59,975 bases of DNA from Antechinus flavipes (Eukaryota). Below the pieces are notes generated by a model. That model was not told the origin of the DNA and searched no databases. It worked only from the letters and a program-made list of their open reading frames with translations. Positions within the stretch are counted from its first letter, which is position 1. Every line of letters begins with the position of its first letter. The DNA is taken from contig NC_067403.1 of assembly GCF_016432865.1 (NCBI RefSeq), forward strand, positions 256,622,026-256,682,000. Reading direction: 5' to 3'. The translations under genes were made by a program, and so were the position numbers. This document shows, piece by piece, positions 22,971-34,518 of the stretch.

Positions 22971-24927
22971 TCACACACCAAACAGCAGTTCTCCCCAGAA
23001 GGGCCCGGGTAGTGGACGTCGGGCTCCCTGGGAGAAAAGGGGAGCCTAGCCACCAGAACACGAAAATTGGTCCAAGAGGGTTTTTTTAACTTGTGGGTAA
23101 ACTGAGGACCACAGAGGGGAATGGCTTTTTGGAGAATAAAAGCTGAAAAAAAACGTATTCCATTCCCCTGCCCTTCCACAAACCTGCCTCAGTTTCCACC
23201 CCCTTCCAGGTGACCAGACCTGCCGTTCCCCGAGCCCTTGCACTCCCGCTGTTACGAAGACTTTTCAGATGGAGGCAGGGCCCTCCCCCTCTCCTTCCAC
23301 CTGGAGGGCAGTCATGGAGCTCGGGGTACAGGAGGCTTCCTGACTCCCCCACGTTGGAGAGATTCGCTAGGGGTCCCGGCCCCTCCCACTGGGGAGCGCG
23401 CTCCTACTGTGTGACCGGCCTCCTCAGCCGATCTTCCCGGGACCGGACCTGGTCGTCCCTCCTAGCTTGCAATCCTCCTGTGGCTCCCATGATATGCCGG
23501 TGCCTCCGTCCAGCGCGCCTTCGTGCCCCCCAGCTGCCCAGCCCGCCAGCCCCTCGGCCCTCCCTGATGGGCGCACATTTAAGTCCCATATTCCCAAAAA
23601 AACATGCTGTCTCTTGTATTCTCAGTCCCTAGCACAGTGCCCAGGTACATAGTAGGCACTTAATAAATGCATATTGGTGCTTATGTCTTAATTCCCCCAA
23701 CCAGACTATAAAGCCCCGCAGGGCCCGGATTTTCCGTATCTCTTTCATGCATATACTAGGTGCTCAATAAATGCTAACTGAGTAAAGCTGCTCTCTAAGG
23801 AGCAGAGCTGCCATTCTCAGACGCCCTCCCTGAACCACAATTTCCTCCTCTGTATAATGGGGCCAAGGCCGGCCTGGCCGGGAAGCCTCTGATGTCGGGC
23901 TAGCAGAAGGGCTTGAGGATAGAGGGTTCCAACTCTCTGTGTAAGTGTAAGAGAGCATGTGCCAGTCCCTGCTCAGCCCTGGAGCTCCAGCCCGGGAAGG
24001 AACCTCCCGCAGACAAAGGGGCAGCTCCTGGGGCGTAACAGCACCAACAGGGAGGCAGGGGGGGCCACACCGGGCTCCGCTTCCAGGAGCTTCCCGGTCT
24101 GGGTCAGCCAGGCGGCCTCGTGCGCTGGGCAGCAGCAGGGGCAAGCGGACCGGAGCGCCCACGGCAGGCGGGCCACGGGGCTCCGGGGGAACCGCCCCTT
24201 CCCTGAGTCTCCGGCAAAGCGCCCTCCCTCCCAGTCTCTGGCCCCTGTCCCCGAGCTGAGCTTGCTTTTCCTGCAGAACGGGAGCTCCTTGAGGACAGAT
24301 CCGGGGCCCGGCGCAGGGCCTGGCACACAGGAGGCCCTTAATCTTGCTGATTGATCCCATCTCAGACCTTCTTTGTCAGACCCCGGGGGCTGAGCTCACC
24401 GTTGGCACAGACCTCACTAGGAATACTTCTGGGGAAAGGAGGGGGCTCGGGGCAGCGCCTGCCATTACCCCCTCCGTGGCTCCCTGTAAAGCCTCATCCC
24501 AAAGGAAAGATCCAAAGGAATTCCCAGACTCCTCCAGGACTTAAGCCCAGGAGCTCCCGAGAATGGGAAGTTTAACAACGTCCAAGGTAAGGGTTTTCCG
24601 ACGGAAACACAGGGCCTCCAGAGGTCATCCGGTTCATCCCCCTGCCTCCAGGGCAGGTCAGCACCCGACCATCAGCTCCTTTTGAGAGCTGCTGGGGGAT
24701 CACTCAGTACCAGGAAATGTGGGGGGCTTCCATCCCCCTTATCAGCCTATCACCGGCTGCTAAGTCACAGCCCTTTCCTGGCAGGAGGGACAGGGCAGCT
24801 CCCGGGAGCCTTCAGGCCTGAGAGCCACAGGGTTTGCCTTCCTGTGCCTCAGGCTCCCGCCCGGGACATGCCTGCCCCGGCCTTCGCAGCCCCCCGAGGC
24901 CGCTGGCAAGGAGGGAAGCAGGCTGCC

Positions 24928-27900
24928 TCACAACAGGGACTTGAAGAGGAAGGACAGGGACGCCCCACAGGAGAGCCCGAGGGCCAGGAAGAAGGTCATG
25001 AGGGCTCCGGCCACCTCGCTCTCGTGGGGCAGGACCTGCCTGCAAAGGAGGGGGAGCCACTGTCAGAAGGGAGCCCAGCCCTCCACATTCCCCACCCTTG
25101 GGCAGGCCTTGGCTCCTGGCGCCCAGGCTGCCACATCCCCAGGACCCCCAGGCTGCCACATCCCCCAGGACCCCCAGGCTGCCACATCCCCCAGGACCCC
25201 CAGGCTGCCACATCCCCAGGACCCCCAGGCTGCCACATCCCCGGGTCCCCCAGGCTGGCACGGCTCTGGAGCCCCCAGGTTTCCAGTGTCTCCCCAAAAC
25301 ACGCATTAGTCTCACATCCAGGGAGGTGGAAGGCACAGGCTCTCTCGTGGTACCTGATGCCTTTTTGGGGACCTGCTGCCTTCTCTAGCTCTGGTATTCT
25401 GGGGCCTCTGAGGAAAGGCTCCAAGCTCCCCTTAAGTCACTCATTCTTCTCCCCTCCCCAGATGGACTGAGACAAGCCCTGGCACTCCCTCCCTTCCGTG
25501 CTCGGCCTTCCCCCTGCCAGGGGGTCCTGAGCCCAGCCCGGCCCCTTTCATCCTGAGGACCCCGTAAGTGAGGGGCCCCTGGAAGTCAGGGAACCCTGTC
25601 AGAGGCGTGCTGGCCACCGAGGACTTCCTGGTGCTCCTGCAGGACGGACCTGCTCCCCGAGGGAGCACCCACCCCCAGGGAGCACCCACCCCCATGGAGC
25701 ACCCACCCCGAGGGAGCACCCACCCCCATGGAGCACCCACCCCGAGGGAGCACCCACCCCGAGCCCCCTGGGGTTACTGATGAGGCCCCGGAGGCGAAGG
25801 ATGCCGCCGGGGTCAGCTAGCCGGTCAGAGCCCAAGCTCGGCTCCGCAGCCGGAGTCCGGCCCTTTCCCTCTAAGCCGCGGGAAGAGGGCCCGGTGAGCA
25901 GCCCCCGGGGCTCCCCCTCGGCCCTCCCGGCCCCCGCGCCCACCTGGGCGCCAGGCACATGGTCAGAGACACCAGGTAGCCGTTGGAGAGCGCGAACAGC
26001 AGCATGAAGGTGATGAAACAGGCGTCCTGCGGGAAGAGGATGGGCAGGTGGGAGCGCTCGGGCACGTGGCACAGCATGAAGAGGGGCACGAACAGGAAGC
26101 GCAGGCAGGCCAGCAGCGGCAGCAGGCGGCCGTCCCGGTCGGGCTGGGGGCCGAGAGCGCCAGAGTCCCCTTCACCCCCGTCCGGCCCAGACCGCCCCCT
26201 CCCCCGGGGCCCGCGCCCTGGCCGCCAGGGGGAGAGGAGGCTCCCGGAGCTGCGGGGCCTGGGCCCTCCCTGGCAGGCGGGAGTCAGAGGGCGGAGGGTC
26301 CCCGGGCTTCCCAGACGAGCGGGGGCGAAGGTCGCCCTCCCCGGGCCCGGGACACTCACCCACAGGAAGTAGGAAGTCAGACTTCTCCCCAGCCAGTCCA
26401 TGGTGTTGAAAAGGAGAAAGCAGCAGATGGGGTTAAAGAACTGGCCTGGGGAGGGAGAGGCCCGGAGGCTCAGGGCCGGACCCAGCCTCTCCTAAGCCTC
26501 CTTCGGGCCTCGTGCCAGCCCCCCCGGCTCCGTCCCGCCGGGCCCCAGCCCCGCCCCCACGCTCCCTCTCTGGCCCACTGTCCGTCCCTGCTCCCCCCGG
26601 CTCCCCCCGGCCTCGGTTTCCCCCTTTCTGACACTCACTCCACTTCCCGGGGCCCCTGGAGCTGGTCACCATGGCCGTGATGGCCGGGAACACGGACAGG
26701 GTCACTGTGAACACCAGCACGATGCACAGAGCCATCATCCAGATCTGCAAAGCACCAGAGCCGTGTCTGGGGCTGTGGGGGCGGCCGAGCCCCCCCTCCC
26801 TGCAGCCGCCGACTGGGGGGCCCGGGAGCCTCGGCCAGGCCCGGCGGGGGGGGGCCCGGGGGCTGCGGCCGGGGCGCGGGGCCCACCTTTCTGAGCACGG
26901 CCGGGACCGAGGCTTTGCCGGACTTGGGCTCCTTCTCCGGCTCCAGCTCCGGGGCCAGCATTGCCTTCTGGGGACTCCCAGAAAAGCCGTTCTTCTCATC
27001 TGGGGGGAGCGGCGGGGTCAGCAGGCGGAGAGGGCGGCCCTTGGGGCCCAAACCAGAGGGCCCCGAGGACGCCCCGGGACAGCGCCCGCTCAGCTTCCTC
27101 CTCCGCCCAGACCCCAACACGCCTACGCCCGTCAGAGCCCCCCCTCCCCCTCCCCCGTCAGCTCTGGGCCCGGGCATTGCCCGCACTCCTCACGCTGCCC
27201 ATCCCCCCAGTCTCCGGCGCTGCCCACGGCTCTGCCCTGACCTTGGACGAAGGACTGAAAGTCCGCTCCCTCCCTTTTAAGTAGAGAGCTAGACTCCCCC
27301 GCCCCGAGCTGCCCTAGTCTGTCTGTCCCGGGGTCCGTGGAGCGTCCGCGGGGATTCCTGGCAGGGAGCTGGGGCGGTCACACTCCCCACGGGCATCACA
27401 GCCCCGCGAGGCAGGAGCCGCCACCCGCTCCATTGTACAGATGAGCAAACTGAGGCTGAGAGCAAGGTCCCAACATAGGCTGCAGCCCCCCCCCCCCCAG
27501 GAACACCCTCCCCCCTCAGTGTGGGCCCGCCAGGGCCAGACTAAGTAGCACAATTAATAATGATGCTGCTGAGCTCCCGGAGACCCTGGGAGGGGGCGCT
27601 GATGTTATCATTAGTCCCATTTGCCAGAGGGGGCCACTGAGTCTGGAGAGAGAAAGGCTCACACAGCCGGTAACTGTGAACCCAGGTCTCCCTGCTCCGG
27701 AGTCAGGGCTTTTTCCTCTAAGCAGCCCCAGCTTCACAGTAACCAAGAGATGCCTGGTGGGCTGGGGAGCAGCTCCTGCCCCCCTCCCCCGCCCAGGCTG
27801 CCCCCTCCCCCCCAAGCTACCCCCCCAGGCTGCCCCCTCCCCCCCAGGCTGCCCCCCCAGGCTGCCCCCCCCCAGGCTGCCCCCTTCCCCCTCCCAGACT

Positions 27901-30900
27901 GCCCCCCTCCCCCGCCCAGACTGCCCCCCCCAAGCTGCCCCCCCAGGCTGCCCCCTCCCCCGCCCAGACTGCCCCCCTCCCCCGCCCAGGCTTCCCCCAG
28001 CCCCGCCCGGCTCACCAGCCTGGAGCAGCTCGGCCCTGGTCTCCAGCTCATAGGCCTGCGGGAGGGGCGCCTTCTTGTCCAGGTAATAGCGGGCGAACTC
28101 CTGGGGCAACAGAGAGCCGGAGGCCTCGTGAAGGGGCCGGGGTGGGGGGGAGGGGCAGTCTGTCAGTGGGCCGGGGCCGGTGCTAGGCTGGGAGGGGCTC
28201 AGGGAGAAACTGAGGCTCAAGGGGACAAGGGGGAGAGACCCAGGTCTCCTAGAGCTCGGCTTGGAGGGGACAAGGGGCAGGGTCTCCAGCCCTTTCCACC
28301 TGAGGGCAAAACTAGGAGCCAGGAAGTAAAGGCCAAGGTCACCCCGCCCGCGGTCCCGGCCGTCCCAGCCCAGGGGCTCCCTCGCTCTGCAGAGAAGACA
28401 AGGCCGAGGGGTCACCGGGCAGGGAGGCCCAGAGAGCGGGGCGGCAGCTCTGTCCCCCCTTCCCTTCCGGGGCTCCCCAGCCTGCTGCTGGGGGAGGGGC
28501 TTCCCTCTTGCTGGCTCCATTGGGTGCCCTCCCCCCCAAGCCAGAGCCTGGGGGGGTCAGACTCCCCACAGCAAGAGAGACCAGTCCGGTTTCCTGCCAG
28601 CGTCCCCGCCTCCGCAACCCTTCCCCCCCCCCCATCTAGCTAAGCTGGAGGTGGCTAGGGAGAGGGGGGAGGGGGAAAGGAGGAGGGGGAGGAGGGGAGG
28701 GGAGGACTTGGCCGGTTCCCAGCAGAGGATCCAGAGGAAGCCCGGCTCACCAAGTGGGACAGGGACAGGTAGCAGACGGTGGAGACGAGGATTCCCACGC
28801 ACGGGGTGATGAAGTAGCCGAGGGCCGAGGTCTGGGCGTCCACTCCGCCTGTGATGGGAGTAGAACAGCCTGGCTCTTCCAGGAGCCCCTCTGGGAGCCC
28901 CGGCCCGGCCCCTGGGGCCCGGAAAACCGCCCCCCTCCCTTCTCTAGGCCGCCCCCCCAGCTCCCCCCCCAGCTCCCGCCCCCCCCAGCTCCCCCCCCAG
29001 CTCCCGCCCCCCCCAGCTCCCAGCTTGGATTCTTCCTGCCCCCGAGCCCCGGAGTCCTGGCTCTGTAGCCGCTCCCCTCCCAGCCTCCTCCCGGACCGGA
29101 GCCCAGCGCCACGCCCGCACTCACTGGCCATGGACATCAGCATGGCGAGAGCGGCAAAGGTCCCGGCCAAGCCCTGGCCGCTGAGGAAGAGGGTGCTGTA
29201 CATGGGGGGCATGGCCCCCAGCTGCCCAAAGAGACTGCCCTGGAGGACGGCGCAGAAGGCTGGGGGGAAAGCCAAACCATGGTCCCCAGTGGGCATTGCC
29301 CGACGGAAGCGGAGCGGTGAGAGCCCTGGCAGGGGCGGCCCGGGGCGGCCGGGGGCCTGGGGACCAGCTCTGCACCCCGGGGGGCGGCCGGGCTCGCAGT
29401 CCTTGGCAAACGGGGCAATGTTCTCCGCACAAGGCGGGGAAGGGGCTGCCCGGGAACGTTTGCTCAGGCCTTGGAACTCTCAAGCATTCGCTTTCTTCCT
29501 CTCCACAATGGGGGACAAACCCATTTCTTCCTCTTTGAAATGAAGGACTCCACTAGAACTTTTAAGTTCTCCAGGCCAGCTCTGAATCCCAAGTTCTAAG
29601 GACCATCCCGGATCTGGCGCTCCCCCCCGGGCATTCTTTGTTCTAAGGTACCCCCCAGGCCTGACATTCTAGACTGGTTCTGGGTCCTGCGGTTGCTTCA
29701 GGTGCCCCCATCCAGGTTTGGTTCTAGGTCCCTCCCACTTCTGACACTCTCGGTTCTGGGCCCTCCTAGCTCTGACAGTCACAGCCGGATCCTCTACCCC
29801 ACGTCCGGGCTGGGCCCGGGGAATCCTGGGACTCGGACTTCGCGCGGAGGGCCCGGGCTGCCCTTGTCACTCACAGTTGATGAACCAGATGGAGGCCATG
29901 GTGATAGAGAAGAAGAGCCCGGGGCTCATGTCCACTTTGACGAGCGCGGCCGTGAGGATGAAGAGCATCAGGATGCCCAGGAGGCTGCCCAGGATGCGGA
30001 CCCTCTCCGGGATGCTGTGCGGGGGCAGAGAGAGCTGTGGCCCCGCTCTGGGGCCCCTAGGACAGAGCCGGCTTCGGAGGGAGGGGAGAGCGGGTGCAGC
30101 CGCGGGGCTGTGGCTGGGGGCAGCTGGTGGAAGAGCCCTCGCTAAGGATCCCGGGTGGCTCAGGGGGCAGTGGCTGACGGGACACAGCAGCAGTAGAGGC
30201 AGGAAGTAAGGGGGGCTCACCACTGGTAAAGGAAGGAGTTGAGGAGGGTGAAGAGCAGCAGGGGCAGCTGGGACAGGAGGGTCATCCAGTTGTTGAAGTT
30301 GAAGGCATCCCCGGGGCTTGTGAGGTTGGCTCCGGGAGGCTCCCCCGTGACATTGACAATGGCCAGCCGAGCCTGGAAGTACTGAGGGGAGATGGGCAGG
30401 GAAGCCCCGGTCAGCGCCAGGTGTGACCAGGGCCAGGTGTGACCAGGGCCAGGTGGTGACCAGGGCCAGGTGTGACCAGGGCCAGGAGGCACCAGGGCCA
30501 GGTGGTGACCAGGGCCAGGTGGTGACCAGTGGCCAGGTGTGACCAGGGCCAGGTGTGACCAGGGCCAGGTGGTGACCAGCGGCCAGGTGTGACCAGGGCC
30601 AGATGGTGACCAGGGCCAGGTGTGACCAGGGCCAGATGGTGACCAGGGCCAGGTGTGACCAGGGCCAGGTGTGACCAGGGCCAGGTGTGACCAGGGCCAG
30701 AAGGTGACCAGGGCCAGGTGTGACCAGGGCCAGAAGGTGACCAGGGCCAGGTGGTGACCAGGGCCAGGTGGTGACCAGCGGCCAGGTGTGACCAGGGCCA
30801 GGTGTGACCAGCGGCCAGGTGTGACCAGGGCCAGATGGTGACCAGGGCCAGGTGTGACCAGGGCCAGATGGTGACCAGGGCCAGGTGTGACCAGGGCCAG

Positions 30901-32122
30901 GTGTGACCAGGGCCAGGTGTGACCAGGGCCAGAAGGTGACCAGGGCCAGGTGTGACCAGGGCCAGAAGGTGACCAGGGCCAGGTGGTGACCAGGGCCAGG
31001 TGGTGACCAGCGGCCAGGTGTGACCAGGGCCAGGTGTGACCAGGGCCGGGTGTGACCAGGGCCAGGTGTGACCAGGGCCAGAAGGTGACCAGGGCCAGGT
31101 GTGACCAGGGCCAGAAGGTGACCAGGGCCAGGTGTGACCAGGGCCAGGAGGCACCAGGGCCAGGTGGTGAGCACGGCCAGGAGGCACCAGGGCCAGGTGT
31201 GACCAGGGCCAGGTGTGACCAGGGCCAGGTGTGACCAGGGCCAGGTGTGACCAGGGCCAGGTGTGACCAGGGCCAGATGGTGAGCACGGCCAGGTGTGAC
31301 CAGGGCCAGGTGTGACCAGGGCCAGGAGGCACCAGGGCCAGATGGTGAGCACGGCCAGTCCGCAGCCAGGAGCCCCAAAGTCTTCCTGTGTCTCGGGAGA
31401 TCTGGGAGCCTAGAAGGGCAGAGGGGGAGGGGCCGCGGAGGTGCAGTGGCCAAGGACCCTGGCCGGGGAGCAGACTGAGGAGGCTGTGACTCCGGGGGAG
31501 TCTGCAGCCTCTGAGCCTTTTCAGGGCCGTCAAGTGGGACAGGGTATCAGGGGACTACGGAGGTCCTTCACAGGCTCCAAGAATCCGATCTCGGGAACAT
31601 GACTAACGGAGTGTTGCCCATCCCGCCTCCCGGACCCTCCTCTCCCGCCTCCCGGACCCTCCTCTCCCTCCTCCCGGACCCTCCTCTCCCGCCTCCCGGA
31701 CCCTCCTCTCCCGCCTCCCGCTCCCTCCTCTCCCTCCTCCCGCTCCCTCCTCCCTGGCTCTCCCCCAACCCTTCCGTACGGGGTTACTCTCACCGGAATG
31801 GCCGTGATAAAGAAGTTCCAGGGCAGCAGGGTCCCCAAGCCCAGGATAAAGAAGCTGGTCCCGACTAGGTGGTAGCTGTGGGGAAGGGAAGAGTCAGAGA
31901 CCCCCCGAGCGGCCCCACGTCTTTGGCGAGAGTGTGAACTACAACTCCCAGCAATCCTCGGCGCTGGCCTGGGCAGCCCAGGGTGGGGGGGTTCATGGGG
32001 GTTGTAGTTCGCTCCCCGCTGCGCGGCTCCGGGTAGGGGACTGTCGGTCTTTCCCCCGGGGGGCCGTGCCCCGCGCCCAGCGCCCGGACTTACTCATCCT
32101 CTGGGGCGTCTCCTCGGGCCAT
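24928..32122 (-). CDS. SLC29A2: Equilibrative nucleoside transporter 2 (ENT2), 448 aa
   Basis: Coding exons: 32094-32122, 31794-31875, 30221-30381, 29875-30014, 29125-29259, 28751-28848, 28016-28100, 26887-26999, 26639-26744, 26360-26445, 25944-26143, 24928-25039. All GT-AG, 1347 nt. MARGDAP, GLGTLLPWNFFITA, AFNFNNW, QGSLFG, SGQGLAG, VTLSVFPAIT, DWLGRSLT, SNGYL, ends FLFKSLL. Confidence 0.97.
25122..25258. repeat. 25/26-bp minisatellite (~5 copies), SLC29A2 intron 11
   Basis: Unit CCCAGGCTGCCACATCCCC(C)AGGACC. Confidence 0.9.
25655..25765. repeat. 17/18-bp minisatellite (~6 copies), SLC29A2 intron 11
   Basis: Unit CCC(CG)AGGGAGCACCCAC and variants. Confidence 0.85.
27783..27995. repeat. C-rich degenerate repeat, SLC29A2 intron 7
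   Basis: Repeated CAGGCTGCCCCC(TCCCCC); G-runs on the sense strand right after the exon 7 donor. Confidence 0.8.
30417..31358. repeat. 16/17-bp variant minisatellite (~57 units), SLC29A2 intron 2
   Basis: Units CCAGGTGTGACCAGGG, CCAGGTGGTGACCAGGG, CCAGATGGTGACCAGGG, CCAGAAGGTGACCAGGG, CCAGGAGGCACCAGGG. Confidence 0.98.
31622..31755. repeat. ~22-bp polypyrimidine/polypurine repeat, SLC29A2 intron 2
   Basis: Unit CCTCCCGGACCCTCCTCTCCC(G/T). Confidence 0.85.
31936..32010. promoter_or_regulatory. Inverted pair of ACTACAnnTCCC-like (ZNF143/THAP11) motifs
   Basis: GAACTACAACTCCCA at 31936-31950 and GGGGTTGTAGTTC at 31998-32010. Confidence 0.5.
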
Positions 32123-32484
32123 GGTGGGATTCGGATACGACGCGCCAGGTCAGGGGGAGGACGTAGATGCTGGAGTCGGGATGGAGAGGAGCGGGGAGGG
32201 AGGCGCACCTGGAAAAGAGCCCCAAGTCGCAGCGGAGGCGGGGTCTGGAGCCGGACACCCCAGGGGGGGAGAGAACCAGGCCCGGGCCCCCAGGGTCCCC
32301 TCGCCGCTCGGCCCAGGCTGAGCTCCGCCCCCTTCCCCCCGGGGAGGGACCTGACGCAGGGTATTGGGGGTGGGGAGCAGCTCGCACCTCTCCGGCCCGG
32401 CGGCCGTAGCCCAGTCCGCGCCGTCCTCCAGGACCCCGGCGTCAGACTACGTCCCCCTGTGGTCCCCCCTCCCCGCGCACTCAC

Positions 32485-32720
32485 CTGGCTGCCCCATCCC
32501 CCGGGACCCCGCCGAGGCAGCTGCTGCTCACCTGGGCTCCCCGCCGGGACCGGAGGGCACGGTGCCCCCGGAAGGGCCGGCCAAGGACAGCGGGGACAAG
32601 GTGGCGGCTGCCGAGCTGCAGAGACTGCGGCCTCTCTCGGCCCGAGCCGCGGGGGGGCACGTGACGTTGGTCCCCCTCTGCTCCCCGGCCCACCGAGCCC
32701 GCCTCTCGCGGCCGCCCTGT
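32485..32720 (-). promoter_or_regulatory. SLC29A2 promoter / non-coding 5' exon
   Basis: Donors CAG|GTGAGT (32485) and CAG|GTGAGC (32532); acceptor TTTTCCAG at 32209 before the ATG exon; USF/TFE-type GTCACGTG at 32658-32665; CpG-rich. Confidence 0.55.
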
Positions 32721-32789
32721 CTGCGGAGCTGAAAGATGCTCTGGTGGACAGCTCCCGGCCCCAGTGCGCTGTGTGCGGGTGCAGGGCCG

Positions 32790-33226
32790 AGTGCCCCCTC
32801 TCAGCAACTCGTGCCCTCTCCCAGGTCGTGTGCCCCCTCCCAGCTCCGTGTGCCCCCTCCCAGCGCTCTGTGCCCCCTCCCAGCGCTCTGTGCCCCCTCC
32901 CAGCTCCGTGTGCCCCCTCCCAGCGCTCTGTGCCCCCTCCCAGCTCCGTGTGCCCCCTCCCAGCGCTCTGTGCCCCCTCCCAGCGCTCTGTGCCCCCTCC
33001 CAGCTCCGTGTGCCCCCTCCCAGCGCTCTGTGCCCCCTCCCAGCTCCGTGTGCCCCCTCCCAGCGCTCTGTGCCCCCTCCCAGCTCCGTGTGCCCCCTCC
33101 CACCGCTCTGTGCCCCCTCCCAGCTCCGTGTGCCCCCTCCCACCTCCGTGTGCCCCCTCCCAGCTCCGTGTGCCCCCTCCCAGCGCTCCGTGCCCCCTCC
33201 CAGTGCTCTGTGCTCCCTCCCAGCAC
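32790..33226. repeat. 20-bp minisatellite (~20 copies) upstream of SLC29A2
   Basis: Alternating GTGTGCCCCCTCCCAGCTCC / TGTGCCCCCTCCCAGCGCTC, period 20. Confidence 0.97.
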
Positions 33227-34321
33227 GCGGCCCCTCCTGGGATCCCGATGGCCTGGCTCCCCAGCGTGACCGGGAGGGGCCGAGCCGGCTCCACTGGGTG
33301 AAAAGTTAAAACCCTCTTTGTTTATTTCCTCTGTGCAGTGGGGATGATTAAGTGAGCCCGGGCTCCTGGGGAGGTTTGAAGCCCTTTGCCATCTGGTTCC
33401 CGCCAGTCTCCAGAAGCCCATGAGCCGGCTCGGCTCCCTCCCCCTGCCCTCCCTCCCCCTGGAACTCCAGTCTTGCGGGCCTACTGGCTGCTGGGGCACA
33501 GCACGCGTCTGCACAGGCTGTTCTTCCCGCCTGGAAGCCTCTCCCACCTCTCTCTGCCTCCGGGAGCCTCCAGCTCCCTTCGAGGTTTAGGCTGAGAGAC
33601 AATAGGAGACCTTTTTCTGGAGCTCCTCCCTCCAGGGCGTGATTCCCCCACCATCAGAGTGAGCTCTTCTTAATAAACCTCATACTTAGTTATAAGTAAA
33701 TAAATCTCTCTCCACTCCTCCCTCCCTCTCCAACCTGCTGGCAGCCCAGACCCTGCAGCCGCCACTGAGGGAGGAGATCATCGCGGAGAGGACCCCGGCC
33801 CTCCTCGTTGCCACCAGCAACAACCGCCCCCGACCCCAAACAGAGAAACACCGGGAAGGGAGAGAACAATATCGTGCCTTTTACCGCTAAGCGCTTGACT
33901 AATCTCACTTGGGCCCGGGCATGGCAGTCCTCCGCCCACCCGGCTTCTGGCCCAGTCCCAGAAGCCGGCTCCTGTGGACAAGGGGGCCCCCCAACCGCCA
34001 CAGCTCCCACCCCCACGATGGGCAAGCCAGCTTCCCCGAGGTACGGTGCATCCTGGGGAGAGTCCGGCCCGTGCGGACCAGTCAAGCCGCCCTCACCATC
34101 TTGGCCACCATCTTCCCTCAGACTCTGATGGGGACCAGCCCGGGAGCCCTGGGGATTGCGACGGTCCTCGCTGGGTTCCCCTTGGTCGTCCCCCTGGGCG
34201 GCAGCCGCCCCTGTGGATGGCAAGGCTGGCTTCCTCCAAGGGCTGCGGCCACAGCCACTGAGAACCCAGAAACTGATCAAGGGAAAATGACATTAAAGAA
34301 AACACGACGTCAGCAAAGCAT

Positions 34322-34518
34322 GCTGGAGCTGGAATCGGGACGACGACTGCCTGAGTTGAGATCCGCCTCAGACAGGACTTCCCTGGTGACCCTGGACAAG
34401 GCACTTCATCCTGAAAAAAAATGTAAAATGAGCTGGAGAAGGAAATGGCAAAGCACTGCAGTGTCTGCCGAGAAAGAACCGAAATGGGGTCCCGATGAAT
34501 GAATATATCCGAACAACT
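34322..34518 (+). mobile_element. Mar1-type CORE-SINE
   Basis: gagctggaatcggga...gtaaaatgagctggagaaggaaatggcaaagcactgcagt. Confidence 0.65.

Noticed and set aside
30417-31358. CRISPR-like array
   Set aside because: Contiguous units with no unique spacers, no cas genes, mammalian intron.
30217-31533. 438-aa ORF fusing the VNTR in frame to ENT2 exon 3
   Set aside because: Starts at TTG with no ATG before exon 3; retention of intron 2 hits a stop at 31530.
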